Origin: an uncultured Dehalococcoidaceae bacterium
GTDB lineage: Bacteria; Chloroflexota; Dehalococcoidia; Dehalococcoidales; RBG-16-60-22
Assembly: GCA_964460815.1 (NCBI GenBank)
Contig: CAYWRT010000006.1
Location: 1-36,177, forward strand
Length of the DNA: 36,177 nucleotides
Reading direction: 5' to 3'
In this document: piece after piece, positions 18,011-26,624 of the stretch
Numbering within the stretch: position 1 is the first letter of the stretch
How the letters are laid out: every line of letters begins with the position of its first letter
Position numbers and translations under genes: made by a program
The notes under the pieces: model-generated
Database searches by the model: none
The model's input: only the letters and a program-made list of their open reading frames with translations
What the model was told of the DNA's origin: nothing

Positions 18011-18724
18011 TCAGTCGTGGTCTAAGAAATCCAGCAGGAGGCGGTTGAAGGCGTCCCTATTTTGCCCGTGGGGGGCATGCCCGTAGCCCGGCATTATCGC
18101 CAGATGTGCCCTTGGTATCAATGCCTTGGCACGGCGGGCTATTGACAGGGGTAAATAAGGGTCAAGGCGTTTCCAGATAAGAAGCGTTGGCGTGCTCAGC
18201 TTTGGCAACTCACTGACGCAGAGCCACTGCGTATCCTCACCTTCTCTGGCCAGAAATTTGGGAAAAGGTTGCCGGAGCCGCAGCAGCTTGCGTACCACCC
18301 AGAAGCCGGTAAGTACGATATTCCCAAATATGGAAATTTTGCCGAGCCCGGCGGCATCCAGTAAAACAAGTTTGCGTGCCTTTTCCGGGTAGCTCAGGGC
18401 GATTTCCAGACACAACCTGCCCCCGAAGGAGTGCCCTACCAGGACCGGGTGCTCCAGCCCCAGCGTCTCCAGGAATCCCAGGATGAATTCAGTGAAGTCA
18501 GAGAGGTAGTAACCGTCTTTATTTCTGTCACTCAAGCCGAAGCCTATCAGGTCGGGGGCATAGAGGCTGTAGCGGTGGGAGAGGGCAGCCATGGTATACA
18601 CCCAGTCCCGGGAGTCGCTGGCCCCGCCGTGTATCAGTACTACCGGGGGACCGCTGCCCGCTTTCAGGTAATGCGCCTGATTATCGCCAACCCTGAGCTT
18701 CAGACTTTCAATACCTGCCTGCAT
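18011..18724 (-). CDS. Alpha/beta-fold hydrolase
   Basis: LIHGG, DLIGFGLS, GHSFG nucleophile elbow, GHAPH. Confidence 0.92.
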   Translation of the reverse strand: MQAGIESLKLRVGDNQAHYLKAGSGPPVVLIHGGASDSRDWVYTMAALSHRYSLYAPDLIGFGLSDRNKDGYYLSDFTEFILGFLETLGLEHPVLVGHSFGGRLCLEIALSYPEKARKLVLLDAAGLGKISIFGNIVLTGFWVVRKLLRLRQPFPKFLAREGEDTQWLCVSELPKLSTPTLLIWKRLDPYLPLSIARRAKALIPRAHLAIMPGYGHAPHGQNRDAFNRLLLDFLDHD

Positions 18725-18808
18725 ATCTTTGCCCTTCTTCTTACTTGCCGGATGTCTTTATCCAGATAAAAATGCATTGTGGTGGCATAGCGGAGTTGGT
18801 GAGGCGTA

Positions 18809-19471
18809 CTAGTTAGCTTCGTCGTTCTGTTTCGTACCCTTGCCTGTCATTATTCTCCAGAACCAGTTAAGCTTTATCTTTTTTACCTCAACATTCACAA
18901 AACCTGTTTTAATATACAGGTTCCTCAGTTCTTCTGCTGTCGTGCTTCCCACATGCGCTTTTTCACCGATTTTGCCCGCGTAGTCTACTATTTTCATCAA
19001 CAGGTAATCGTTGCATATATCCTGAATTATATAGACCCCGTTACGTTTTAAAGATTGCCATACCCTGTAGAAAATCTCTTCTTTTTTGTCGAAATGGTGG
19101 AAGGCATTCGTGCTGAGAACAAAATCGAAATAACCGTTATAATCCAGAGAACCGCCATTCCCTACCAGAAATTCCACATTGTCATACCTGAATCTGGCCA
19201 GCTTCTGTTTGGCTTGCTCAATCATTCGGCGAGATAAGTCCAGGCCAACAACTCTGCCGGTTCCTTCGAGCCTGGCCGCGATATCAATAGTCCCCTGTCC
19301 GGTACCGCAGCCGAGGTCCAGGATATTCATTCCCTTTTCAATTTGCATCCTGCTTATCACGACAGTCTGGCTTCGGCGCTGGAAAGACCTGACAAGTCGG
19401 GATTCATCATAACTCCTGGCTGCCCGGTCAAACTCCCGGGCTATATATTCATCTTGCCCTTTCTTGCTCAC
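18809..19471 (-). CDS. Class I SAM-dependent methyltransferase (UbiE-like)
   Basis: ILDLGCGTG, GLDLS, AFHHF; directly downstream of LysR. Confidence 0.92.
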   Translation of the reverse strand: MSKKGQDEYIAREFDRAARSYDESRLVRSFQRRSQTVVISRMQIEKGMNILDLGCGTGQGTIDIAARLEGTGRVVGLDLSRRMIEQAKQKLARFRYDNVEFLVGNGGSLDYNGYFDFVLSTNAFHHFDKKEEIFYRVWQSLKRNGVYIIQDICNDYLLMKIVDYAGKIGEKAHVGSTTAEELRNLYIKTGFVNVEVKKIKLNWFWRIMTGKGTKQNDEAN

Positions 19472-19472
19472 C

Positions 19473-20375
19473 TCAGTAGCTGCTTCTTTCGTAGGATTGG
19501 ACGAAATTTATAAATTCCTCAAGCAGACGGGTAACCACCCTCTCCTGGCGGTAAATGCAGTAGAAGTCCCGGCTCAGCCTCAGCCCGCTGACGCTAACCT
19601 GCCTGACCAGACCGAGAGCCAGGCTCTTATTAATCGCCAGATTCGACACAAAGGCAATCCCGGCCCTGGCTTCCACAGCCGAGACCACTGCCTGCGTGGT
19701 GCCCAGAATTAGATTGGGCACCCATTTCCTCAGGTCAAGCCCGGCCTGGGACAGGTGGGTTTCCAGGTTTTGCTGAGTGCCTGAGGTTTCCTCACGGAAG
19801 ATGAGCGGCTCACCGGCCAGCTCGGCGGGCGACACCTCGCCCCGCTGGGCGAAGGGGTGCTCCGGAAAAACAATGAGGACAATCTCATCCCCGCTTACCC
19901 TGAATGACTCGAGCTCCTGCCCTTCAGGTGCCATGCCGCAGAACCCCACCTCGTAGGCATTGTCCCGCACCCCGTTGATGACGGCGACAGAATCGGAGAC
20001 CGCCACCTGGACTCTTACGGCCGGATGCAATGCCTTGAATTTCGTCAGCAGCGGGGGCAGCAGAAACTCACCCGGGATGGTGCTGGCGGCGATGAGCAGG
20101 TCGCCGGAAACCTTCTCACGCATCTGGTCCAGGTCGTGATGGAGCTGCTGGCGCAACTCCTCTATAGATTCAGCGAAGCGGAGGAGGCGCTTGCCGGCGG
20201 CGGTCAGGGTAATCGCCCTCTGGGTGCGGTCAATCAGGCGGATGCCGAGTTCATGTTCCAGCTTCTGAATTTGAAAGGAAACCGCCGGCTGGCTGATGGA
20301 CAGCTTCTTGGCTACTTCCGAAAAGCTGCCGAGCTTGACTACCTCCTGAAAGGTCTTGAGATGGTCTAGGTTCAT
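19473..20375 (-). CDS. LysR-family regulator, probably selenium-metabolism associated
   Basis: N-terminal HTH SFSEVAKKLSISQPAVSFQIQKLE, AASTIPGEFLLP, REETSGT; divergent from yedE-selD. Confidence 0.92.
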   Translation of the reverse strand: MNLDHLKTFQEVVKLGSFSEVAKKLSISQPAVSFQIQKLEHELGIRLIDRTQRAITLTAAGKRLLRFAESIEELRQQLHHDLDQMREKVSGDLLIAASTIPGEFLLPPLLTKFKALHPAVRVQVAVSDSVAVINGVRDNAYEVGFCGMAPEGQELESFRVSGDEIVLIVFPEHPFAQRGEVSPAELAGEPLIFREETSGTQQNLETHLSQAGLDLRKWVPNLILGTTQAVVSAVEARAGIAFVSNLAINKSLALGLVRQVSVSGLRLSRDFYCIYRQERVVTRLLEEFINFVQSYERSSY

Positions 20376-20393
20376 TTTGCTTTAAGGGTAATA

Positions 20394-20437
20394 TAAGTAA
20401 AATCTTACTTGCGCTAAGATATTTCTTATGATATAAT
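20394..20437. promoter_or_regulatory. Two LysR-type dyad boxes and the yedE promoter
   Basis: TAAG-N6-CTTA at 20394-20407 and 20415-20428; TTGCGC-N17-TATAAT at 20409-20437. Confidence 0.6.
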
Positions 20438-20504
20438 CTCCTCAGATTATTTTATGGTATTTATGGCAAATCAGCAAGTAAGCAGAGGAAAAGAAGAAGA
20501 GTCT

Positions 20505-20614
20505 AAGAGAGGCTTCGCCTCTCTTTAACAATAATTCACCCTCCCTTACCAAGGGAGGGTGACACAGGGGGAGGGTTGTAAAGTATTGAGGGGGTGAGCT
20601 TAGTCAACACTCTC
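20505..20614. repeat. Hairpin cluster / MITE-like element in the yedE leader
   Basis: AAGAGAGGC-TTC-GCCTCTCTT; TCACCCTCCCTT-ACC-AAGGGAGGGTGA; reverse complement of 20589-20614 matches 24470-24495 at 22/26. Confidence 0.65.
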
Positions 20615-20659
20615 AGTGAGGTGGTGCTGATATAGCTGCCGGACGGAAAGGGGATAATC

Positions 20660-21736
20660 TTGAGGAATAAAAGAATATTCATTATCGTCGCCGGGCTCAT
20701 TTTCGGGGCTCTGGGGGCGCTGATGGTCAACTGGGGCAACCCCGCCAACATGGGCATCTGCGTTGCCTGCTTTATCCGCGATATCGCCGGCGCCATCGGC
20801 ATCCATCGGGCCGCAGTGGTGCAGTATCTCCGGCCGGAAATCATGGGGTTTGTTCTGGGCGCTTTCGTTACCTCCTTCGCTTTCCGCGAGTTCCGTGCCC
20901 GGGGCGGTGCCTCTCCTATAATCCGCTTTCTCATGGGCGCCTTTGTCATGATTGGTGCCCTGGTGTTTCTGGGCTGCCCGATACGGATGATGCTGCGCAT
21001 CGCCGGCGGCGACCTCAACGGGATTACGGCTCTTATTGGCCTGGTGGCGGGGGCACTGGCGGGCATTTTCTTTCTGAAGAGGGGCTTTAACTTCGGGCGC
21101 GCTACCCGAATGCACCCGCTGGTGGGCTGGATGATGCCCCTGATGATGGTGGGGCTGCTCCTTTTTGCCATCTTCAAGCCGGGCTTTATCTTTGCCAGCG
21201 AATCGGGGCCGGGGGCCGCTTTCGCCCCGCTGGCGGTGGCTATTGTGGTCGGGCTGGTGGTCGGCTTTCTGGCACAGAGGACCCGCATGTGCTTTGTTGG
21301 TGCCTGGCGCGACATATTCCTGGTCAGGGATACCTATCTCATAAGCGGCGTGGCGGCTTTCTTTATCGCCGCCCTGATTACCAACTACGCTGTCGGCAAC
21401 TTCGGCGCCGGGGGCATATACCACTGGGGCTTTGCCGACCAGCCGGTAGCCCCTACCGACCACCTCTGGAATTTCCTGGGCATGGCTTTAGTAGGCCTGG
21501 CGGCCACCCTGATTGGCGGCTGCCCGCTGCGTAACTGTATTCTCTCCGGTGAGGGCGATACCGATGCCGGCATGACCGTTCTGGGTTACTTCGCCGGCGC
21601 CGCCTTTGCCCATAACTTCCTGCTGGCCTCCAGCCCCAGCGGCACGGGTGCCTGGGGCCCGGTGGCGGTTATCATCGGGCTGGTCTTCTGTCTGGCGATT
21701 GGCTTTATAATGATGGAGAGGGCAAGAAGTAGCTAG
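20660..21736 (+). CDS. yedE: YedE/YeeE-family putative selenium transporter
   Basis: GNPANMGICVACFIRD, FLGCP, QRTRMCF, GGCP; multi-TM; selD context. Confidence 0.9.
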   Translation: MRNKRIFIIVAGLIFGALGALMVNWGNPANMGICVACFIRDIAGAIGIHRAAVVQYLRPEIMGFVLGAFVTSFAFREFRARGGASPIIRFLMGAFVMIGALVFLGCPIRMMLRIAGGDLNGITALIGLVAGALAGIFFLKRGFNFGRATRMHPLVGWMMPLMMVGLLLFAIFKPGFIFASESGPGAAFAPLAVAIVVGLVVGFLAQRTRMCFVGAWRDIFLVRDTYLISGVAAFFIAALITNYAVGNFGAGGIYHWGFADQPVAPTDHLWNFLGMALVGLAATLIGGCPLRNCILSGEGDTDAGMTVLGYFAGAAFAHNFLLASSPSGTGAWGPVAVIIGLVFCLAIGFIMMERARSS

Positions 21737-21747
21737 AGGGAATAAAC

Positions 21748-22287
21748 ATGGCGTTTCTGAAGCGTAAAAAGGCGGCTTTTGAGGGCGCGGGCCTGGTTCT
21801 CTTCAACGAGGTATCGGACGCGATGCAGGCAGAAAAAACTTTGAAGAGGGCAGGCTATCAGGTAAAGCTGGTGGCGCCGCCGCCCGAGCTGCGCAAGGGC
21901 TGTGACCTGGCCGTGGCCATAAACCTGGTGGAGAAGCTCGGTATTGAGCGGATACTCCGGCAGAGCGACGTCGCCTATGTTGAGGTAGCGCCGCTCAGAA
22001 TAGATACCTCGGAGATACTGGAGATTGTCAGGGTGACTGACTTCGGCGACTGGGTGATGGTCAAGGCGGCCAACATGAAGCTAACCTTTGAGAAGAAGAG
22101 CGGGGTCATCGTCAACACCTCCGGTGGCGGCTGCCCTGATATCCCTTACCTGCATGCTGAGCTGATTGATAAACCGCTTGGCGAGGCGCCGCGCCCCGGT
22201 GAACTCGGCTTTACTCTTTGCGCCCTGATGCTGGAAAGGGCCCTTGAGGAGAGCCTGGCTCTCTATAAGGGGGGTGAGATGCCATGA
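21748..22287 (+). CDS. DUF3343-like (selenium-associated) protein
   Basis: AMQAEKTL..LVAPPPELRKGCDLA N-terminal motif; C-terminal SGGGCPDIP..TLC. Confidence 0.75.
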   Translation: MAFLKRKKAAFEGAGLVLFNEVSDAMQAEKTLKRAGYQVKLVAPPPELRKGCDLAVAINLVEKLGIERILRQSDVAYVEVAPLRIDTSEILEIVRVTDFGDWVMVKAANMKLTFEKKSGVIVNTSGGGCPDIPYLHAELIDKPLGEAPRPGELGFTLCALMLERALEESLALYKGGEMP

Positions 22288-23183
22288 TGCTTATTGCCGG
22301 TACTGTCCCCATCGCGGACATGCCCCTGACCCTGGGGGAGGTGAGTGCCGAGGGTGATTTTCTGCTGGTTGACGGGCGGTGTGTCCCCTGCACCCAGGGC
22401 ACCGGTGCCATGGTCAGCGCCGCCCTGGCGACCACTGACTACCTGAAGCTGGAAGCACCGCAGGTGCTTTTAGCCGGCGACACTGGACAGGGTAAGGGCA
22501 GCCGTAAGCTTTATGAGTATTTAATCAGGAATATAGCTGAGCTGGCACCGCAGGTGCTGGCGCTGCATTACTGGCTCCCGAATATAGTTCAGACGAGGCA
22601 ACTGTGTGACGCCATTAAAGAGTGTGCCCGCCGGCCGGTAATGATTGCCGATGCCGCCTCGATGTATTCCGCCAAGGCAACCGGGCTGGCTGGCGACTTT
22701 GATATTTTTACCCCGGATGCTACCGAGATGGCGTTTCTGGCCGACCCCGCCGCCACCCACCCGGCCTATGTCCAGAGGCACCTGATTGACACCGATATCA
22801 AACGGACGCCCGAGCTTATCAAGACCGCTTATCGGAACGGGAGTGCCGCCCGGCTGCTGCTGGTGAAGGGTGCCGTTGACTACATAGTCAGTAATGGCGA
22901 GATTTTGGCTACCGTGAGTGAGCCCGATGTGCCGGTGATGGAGGCCATCGGCGGCACCGGTGACACCATTACCGGTCTGGTCTCGGCTCTGGTCTACGCC
23001 GGCCTGGAGCCTCATGAGGCGGCCATTATCGCTGCCCGCGCCAACCGCATGGCGGGAAAGTTTGCTCAAGCCACTCCGGCCACCAGAGTCAGGCAGGTTA
23101 TTGCCCAGTTTCCGGCTGTTTTCCGGGAGTACCTGTGTCAATGGAGTGGCGTTTGCTATACGCAGGGAGTAAAATATGACTGA
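22284..23183 (+). CDS. Ribokinase/carbohydrate-kinase-fold protein (YjeF-C-like), function unknown
   Basis: IADA, FTPDATE, LLVKG, AIGGTGDTITG anion-hole motif. Confidence 0.75.
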   Translation: MMLIAGTVPIADMPLTLGEVSAEGDFLLVDGRCVPCTQGTGAMVSAALATTDYLKLEAPQVLLAGDTGQGKGSRKLYEYLIRNIAELAPQVLALHYWLPNIVQTRQLCDAIKECARRPVMIADAASMYSAKATGLAGDFDIFTPDATEMAFLADPAATHPAYVQRHLIDTDIKRTPELIKTAYRNGSAARLLLVKGAVDYIVSNGEILATVSEPDVPVMEAIGGTGDTITGLVSALVYAGLEPHEAAIIAARANRMAGKFAQATPATRVRQVIAQFPAVFREYLCQWSGVCYTQGVKYD

Positions 23184-23394
23184 AGTTGATGTCCGGGGCT
23201 TTTCCTGCCCCATACCGGTGGTCAAGACCAAGAAAGCGATGGAAGATAATCCAAAAGATGTGCTGACGGTGCTGGTGGAAACCGAGGTCTCCAAGGAGAA
23301 CGTCTCCCGGCTGGCACAGAGCCGGGGGTATTCGGTCAGGGAGGAAGCGGTATCCGGCGAGTACCGGCTCACGCTGACACCACCGGGTAAATAG
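23176..23394 (+). CDS. TusA/SirA/YedF-like sulfur or selenium carrier
   Basis: VDVRGFSCPIPVVKTKKA. Confidence 0.9.
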   Translation: MTEVDVRGFSCPIPVVKTKKAMEDNPKDVLTVLVETEVSKENVSRLAQSRGYSVREEAVSGEYRLTLTPPGK

Positions 23395-23414
23395 AATACT
23401 GGAGGGGCGAGTAG

Positions 23415-24464
23415 ATGGGTGATGAGGCAAGACCGCGTCTCACCGAGACCGTTCATGGTTCCGGTTGAGCTTGTAAGATGGGTCCGGGAGACCTTGCCCA
23501 GGCGCTGGCTGGCCTGCCACTTATATCCGACCCGAATCTCATAGTGGGTATAGAGCGGGCTGAGGATGCCGGTGTCTACAAGCTGACCGATGAGCTGGCT
23601 ATCGTTCAGACGCTTGATTTCTTCACGCCGATAGTAGATGACCCCTATGCCTTCGGTCAGATTGCCGTCGCCAATGCGCTGAGCGATGTCTATGCCATGG
23701 GTGGCCAGCCCCTGACGGCGATGAATATTGTCTGCTTCCCGCAGAAGAAGATGGACATATCTATACTGAGGGATATCCTGGCCGGGGGTCTGGAAAAGAT
23801 GCATGAGGCGGGGGTAATACTGGTGGGCGGGCACAGCGTTGAGGATGACGAGTTGAAGTACGGGATATCGGTCACCGGCACCATCCACCCGGCTAAGGTC
23901 GTCCTCAACACCGGTGCCAGGGCTGGCGACCGGCTGGTTCTGACCAAGCCACTGGGCACGGGCATAATAAGCACGGCGATTAAGGGCGGTATGGCTGGTG
24001 AAGGGGCGGTCGCCAAAATCACCAGGTCCATGTCCACCTTAAACCTGAAGGCATCGGAGCTGATGCAGGCCACCGGTGTTAATGCCTGCACTGATGTTAC
24101 CGGCTTTGGCCTGCTCGGCCATGCCGCCGAGATGATTGAGGGGACCGATGTGGGCATGGTGATAGACTCGACGGCGGTGCCGTTCTTCCCTGAGGCGAGG
24201 GAGTTTGCCGTGATGGGCATGATTCCCGCTGGACTCTACCGCAACCGCGAGTTCCGTAAAAATATGGTTGAGGTGGCTCAGGAGGTTCCCCAGTATCTGG
24301 CCGATATCCTCTTTGACCCCCAGACCTCGGGGGGCCTGCTGATTTCGGTGCCGGAACACAAGGCATCAAGGCTGCTGGGGAGGCTGCATAAAGCCGGCAT
24401 CAGTGAGGCGGCCATCATCGGTGAGGTGGTTAGTGAGCCCAAGGGCAGGATTATCATCCGTTAA
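23415..24464 (+). CDS. selD: Selenide,water dikinase, selenoprotein form (UGA=Sec at codon 18)
   Basis: SD GGAGG then ATG 23415, in frame MGDEARPRLTETVHGSG-U-ACKMGPGDL; TGA at 23466-68; DFFTPIVDDP, NALSDVYAMGG, DVTGFGLLGH, DPQTSGGLL. Confidence 0.95.
23469..23503 (+). promoter_or_regulatory. Bacterial SECIS-like hairpin
   Basis: GCTTG..GGTC-CGGGA-GACC..CAGGC; G-containing apical loop begins 16 nt after the UGA. Confidence 0.7.
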
Positions 24465-24469
24465 TCAGA

Positions 24470-24843
24470 GAGAGTGTTTGCGAACCTCACCCCCTTACCC
24501 CCACCTCGTTTCTAATCTAATCCCACCCTGCCGCCCTCGCATCACCTATTGCTTAGCCCGTGAATATTCCACCCCTTATCCCCACCCCGCCTTGGAAATC
24601 CCTCTCGGTCTCCCTTTAATTAAAGGGAGACGACCCATCGTGCAAAAAGTATTGTCCCCCTTTGCAAAAGGGGGACTAAGGGGGATTTCCCCTACGGGAT
24701 AAGCAGAAAAAGTGCCAAGGGTGGCTTGGGTGGGAATAGATAAAAAGGAAAAGGAGGGGCGAAGCACCTCTATAACTCCCTGTGGGTGTGGTGGGGAGAG
24801 AACTACGAGATAAGCCATAGATGAAACGAGGGCGGCGGGTGGG
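24470..24843. repeat. Composite repeat cluster (three ~41-bp copies plus hairpins)
   Basis: Copies at 24522-24562(+), 24693-24734(-), 24804-24843(-); hairpins TCTCCCTTTAATTAAAGGGAGA and CCCCCTTTGCAAAAGGGGG. Confidence 0.8.
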
Positions 24844-24862
24844 AAAAGATATATCAGCATTT

Positions 24863-24902
24863 CCTCATTAACGCAATTGCGCAATTACTCTTTTGAGCAA
24901 CT
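24863..24902. repeat. 8-bp-periodic array overlapping the 3' end of the RHH gene
   Basis: CCTCATTA ACGCAATT GCGCAATT ACTCTTTT GAGCAACT. Confidence 0.6.
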
Positions 24903-25218
24903 CGGTATCGTCCTTAACTCCCCGTACGTCAAGGCTGGTCTTGCGGAAAGCCCGCACCATGGCCTCGATGAGCTTGGTCTTGCTGAGCTTCTTGCCGCCG
25001 CTGAACTTGGCGGTTGACGCCAGGTTCTCCAGATAGGCGTCTTCTTCACGGTTGAGAAATACGGACAGCTTAATCATATTTGTCTTGGGTGTCCTGGGCG
25101 ACTCGGGCGTCGGGACTGGTTCCCTCTGTTCCGGCGGTGCCACGGGCTTATCGCTGCCAGTGAGGCGGTTCAGAGCGGTTCCGTAGGCAAGCTCCTCGGT
25201 TATTCTAGCTCTTTTCAT
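24868..25218 (-). CDS. Small ParA partner, predicted ribbon-helix-helix DNA-binding protein (116 aa; start reassigned to ATG at 25218)
   Basis: Overlaps the parA 3' end with SD GAGGTG; Pro-rich N-terminal tail; strand MIKLSVFL, helix EEDAYLENLAS, helix SKTKLIEAMVRAF. Confidence 0.7.
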   Translation of the reverse strand: MKRARITEELAYGTALNRLTGSDKPVAPPEQREPVPTPESPRTPKTNMIKLSVFLNREEDAYLENLASTAKFSGGKKLSKTKLIEAMVRAFRKTSLDVRGVKDDTELLKRVIAQLR

Positions 25219-25990
25219 GCAACACCTCTTCTGTAAGTAATCTATAGGCTTCGGCCCCATCTGATTTGGGGGCATAGGTCAGGATTGACATCCCGGCTGC
25301 CGGGGCTTCCTTGAAACGGACACTGGTGGGGATAATGGCGTCAAATACTCTGATTCTGTCGCCAAAGGCTCTCTTGGTAACTTCGATGACCTCCCGGCTG
25401 TGCAGGGTGCGGGGGCTGGTCATGGTGAACAATATGCCCGAAATCTCCAGGGAAGGGTTGAGCCTGTCCTTCACCTGGATAATTGTGCTCAGCAAAAGTG
25501 CCAGCCCTTTCATCGCCAGGAAGTCAGCCTGCAGGGGTATGATTACCCTGTCGGCGGCGGTCAGGGCGTTGATGGTCAGCAGTCCGAGGCTGGGCAGGCA
25601 GTCCACCAGTATAAAATCGTAGTCCGGGCGCACCGGCTGGAGCATCTCTTTTAACATAAGTTCGCGGGTAGACGCCTCCACCAGGTCAAGCTGTGCCTGG
25701 GATAGCTCTATATTAGCCGGGACAAGGTCAATATTGGGATTGCTGGTGGGGATGGTAACGTCGGGGATTAGGTGGCGGCCATTATTTCTGATGGTGCTCG
25801 TCAGAGCATCGTAGACAGTGAGCTTCAGGTTATCAGGGTTGAATCCCAGGCTGATGGTAAGGCTGGCCTGCGGGTCCCAATCAATTACCAGCACCCGCTT
25901 GTCACGCTCGCTTAACCCCTGGGCCAGGGCGGCTGACGTGGTTGTCTTACCGACGCCACCCTTCTGGTTGGCGATGGCGATAATTGGCAT
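25205..25990 (-). CDS. parA: ParA/Soj-family ATPase without N-terminal HTH
   Basis: NQKGGVGKTT, DWDPQAS, VDCLPSLG, VRFKEAP. Confidence 0.95.
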   Translation of the reverse strand: MPIIAIANQKGGVGKTTTSAALAQGLSERDKRVLVIDWDPQASLTISLGFNPDNLKLTVYDALTSTIRNNGRHLIPDVTIPTSNPNIDLVPANIELSQAQLDLVEASTRELMLKEMLQPVRPDYDFILVDCLPSLGLLTINALTAADRVIIPLQADFLAMKGLALLLSTIIQVKDRLNPSLEISGILFTMTSPRTLHSREVIEVTKRAFGDRIRVFDAIIPTSVRFKEAPAAGMSILTYAPKSDGAEAYRLLTEEVLHEKS

Positions 25991-26011
25991 ATCCCGGTTC
26001 CTTTACGGGAA

Positions 26012-26065
26012 ATTATAGCGCAATTGCGTAAATGCGTCAATACTCTACTGCGCAACTGCGAATTT
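26012..26065 (-). promoter_or_regulatory. parA promoter overlapped by a six-unit 8-bp array
   Basis: Minus strand TTGACG-N17-TATAAT (26040-26012); plus strand GCGCAATT GCGTAAAT GCGTCAAT ACTCTACT GCGCAACT GCGAATTT (26018-26065). Confidence 0.8.
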
Positions 26066-26157
26066 CCCATCCTCGTTTCTCTGGATGGCTGCCTTGGAGC
26101 CGGCGCTCTTGGATGGGAGCAAATTAAAAAAAATTTTAAAAATTTACTCAATAAGTA

Positions 26158-26186
26158 TTGACAAAATTAATATATTCTCTTATAAT
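26158..26186 (+). promoter_or_regulatory. Consensus sigma70 promoter of the DUF2089 operon
   Basis: TTGACA-N17-TATAAT, followed by TATTAA-rich repeats. Confidence 0.75.
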
Positions 26187-26261
26187 ATATTAATAATATT
26201 AAGTTATATATTAATTATATTAATTATTAACGGTGATTTTTATTTAGAGAGGTGATCTGGT

Positions 26262-26624
26262 ATGTCCCGAGAATGGCATGAGCTCACGAAAATGACCCAG
26301 GGCAGGCCGATAACTGTGGAGCGTGTCCGCCTGGTTGACGATGATATCGCCATTGAGGGCAGCTTCACGCTACCGCCTCTGGCCAATCTTTCTGCCGAGG
26401 ACCAGATTTTTGTCATGGCCTTTGTTCGGTGCCATGGTTCCATCAAGGAAATGGAAGAGATGTTCGGCATAAGCTATCCGACGGTTAAAAACCGTATCAA
26501 CCGCATTGCCCGGCAGCTCCCGTTTGTTGAGATAGTGTCCGTTACTCCCCAGGAGGAAGTAATTGACGAACTCGAGAGAGGTGACATAAGCGCCGAAGAG
26601 GCGATAAGGAGGCTATCGAAATGA
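26262..26624 (+). CDS. DUF2089-family HTH protein
   Basis: IEGSF..LSAEDQIF..GSIKEMEEMFGISYPTVKNRI, LERGDISAEEA. Confidence 0.85.
   Translation: MSREWHELTKMTQGRPITVERVRLVDDDIAIEGSFTLPPLANLSAEDQIFVMAFVRCHGSIKEMEEMFGISYPTVKNRINRIARQLPFVEIVSVTPQEEVIDELERGDISAEEAIRRLSK

Noticed and set aside
22521-23888. Long 455-aa antisense ORF (also 20536..21315, 20600..21463 and similar)
   Set aside because: Shadow frames opposite well-supported GC-rich genes.
24470-24843. CRISPR array
   Set aside because: Copies are degenerate, mixed in orientation and irregularly spaced, and no cas genes are present.
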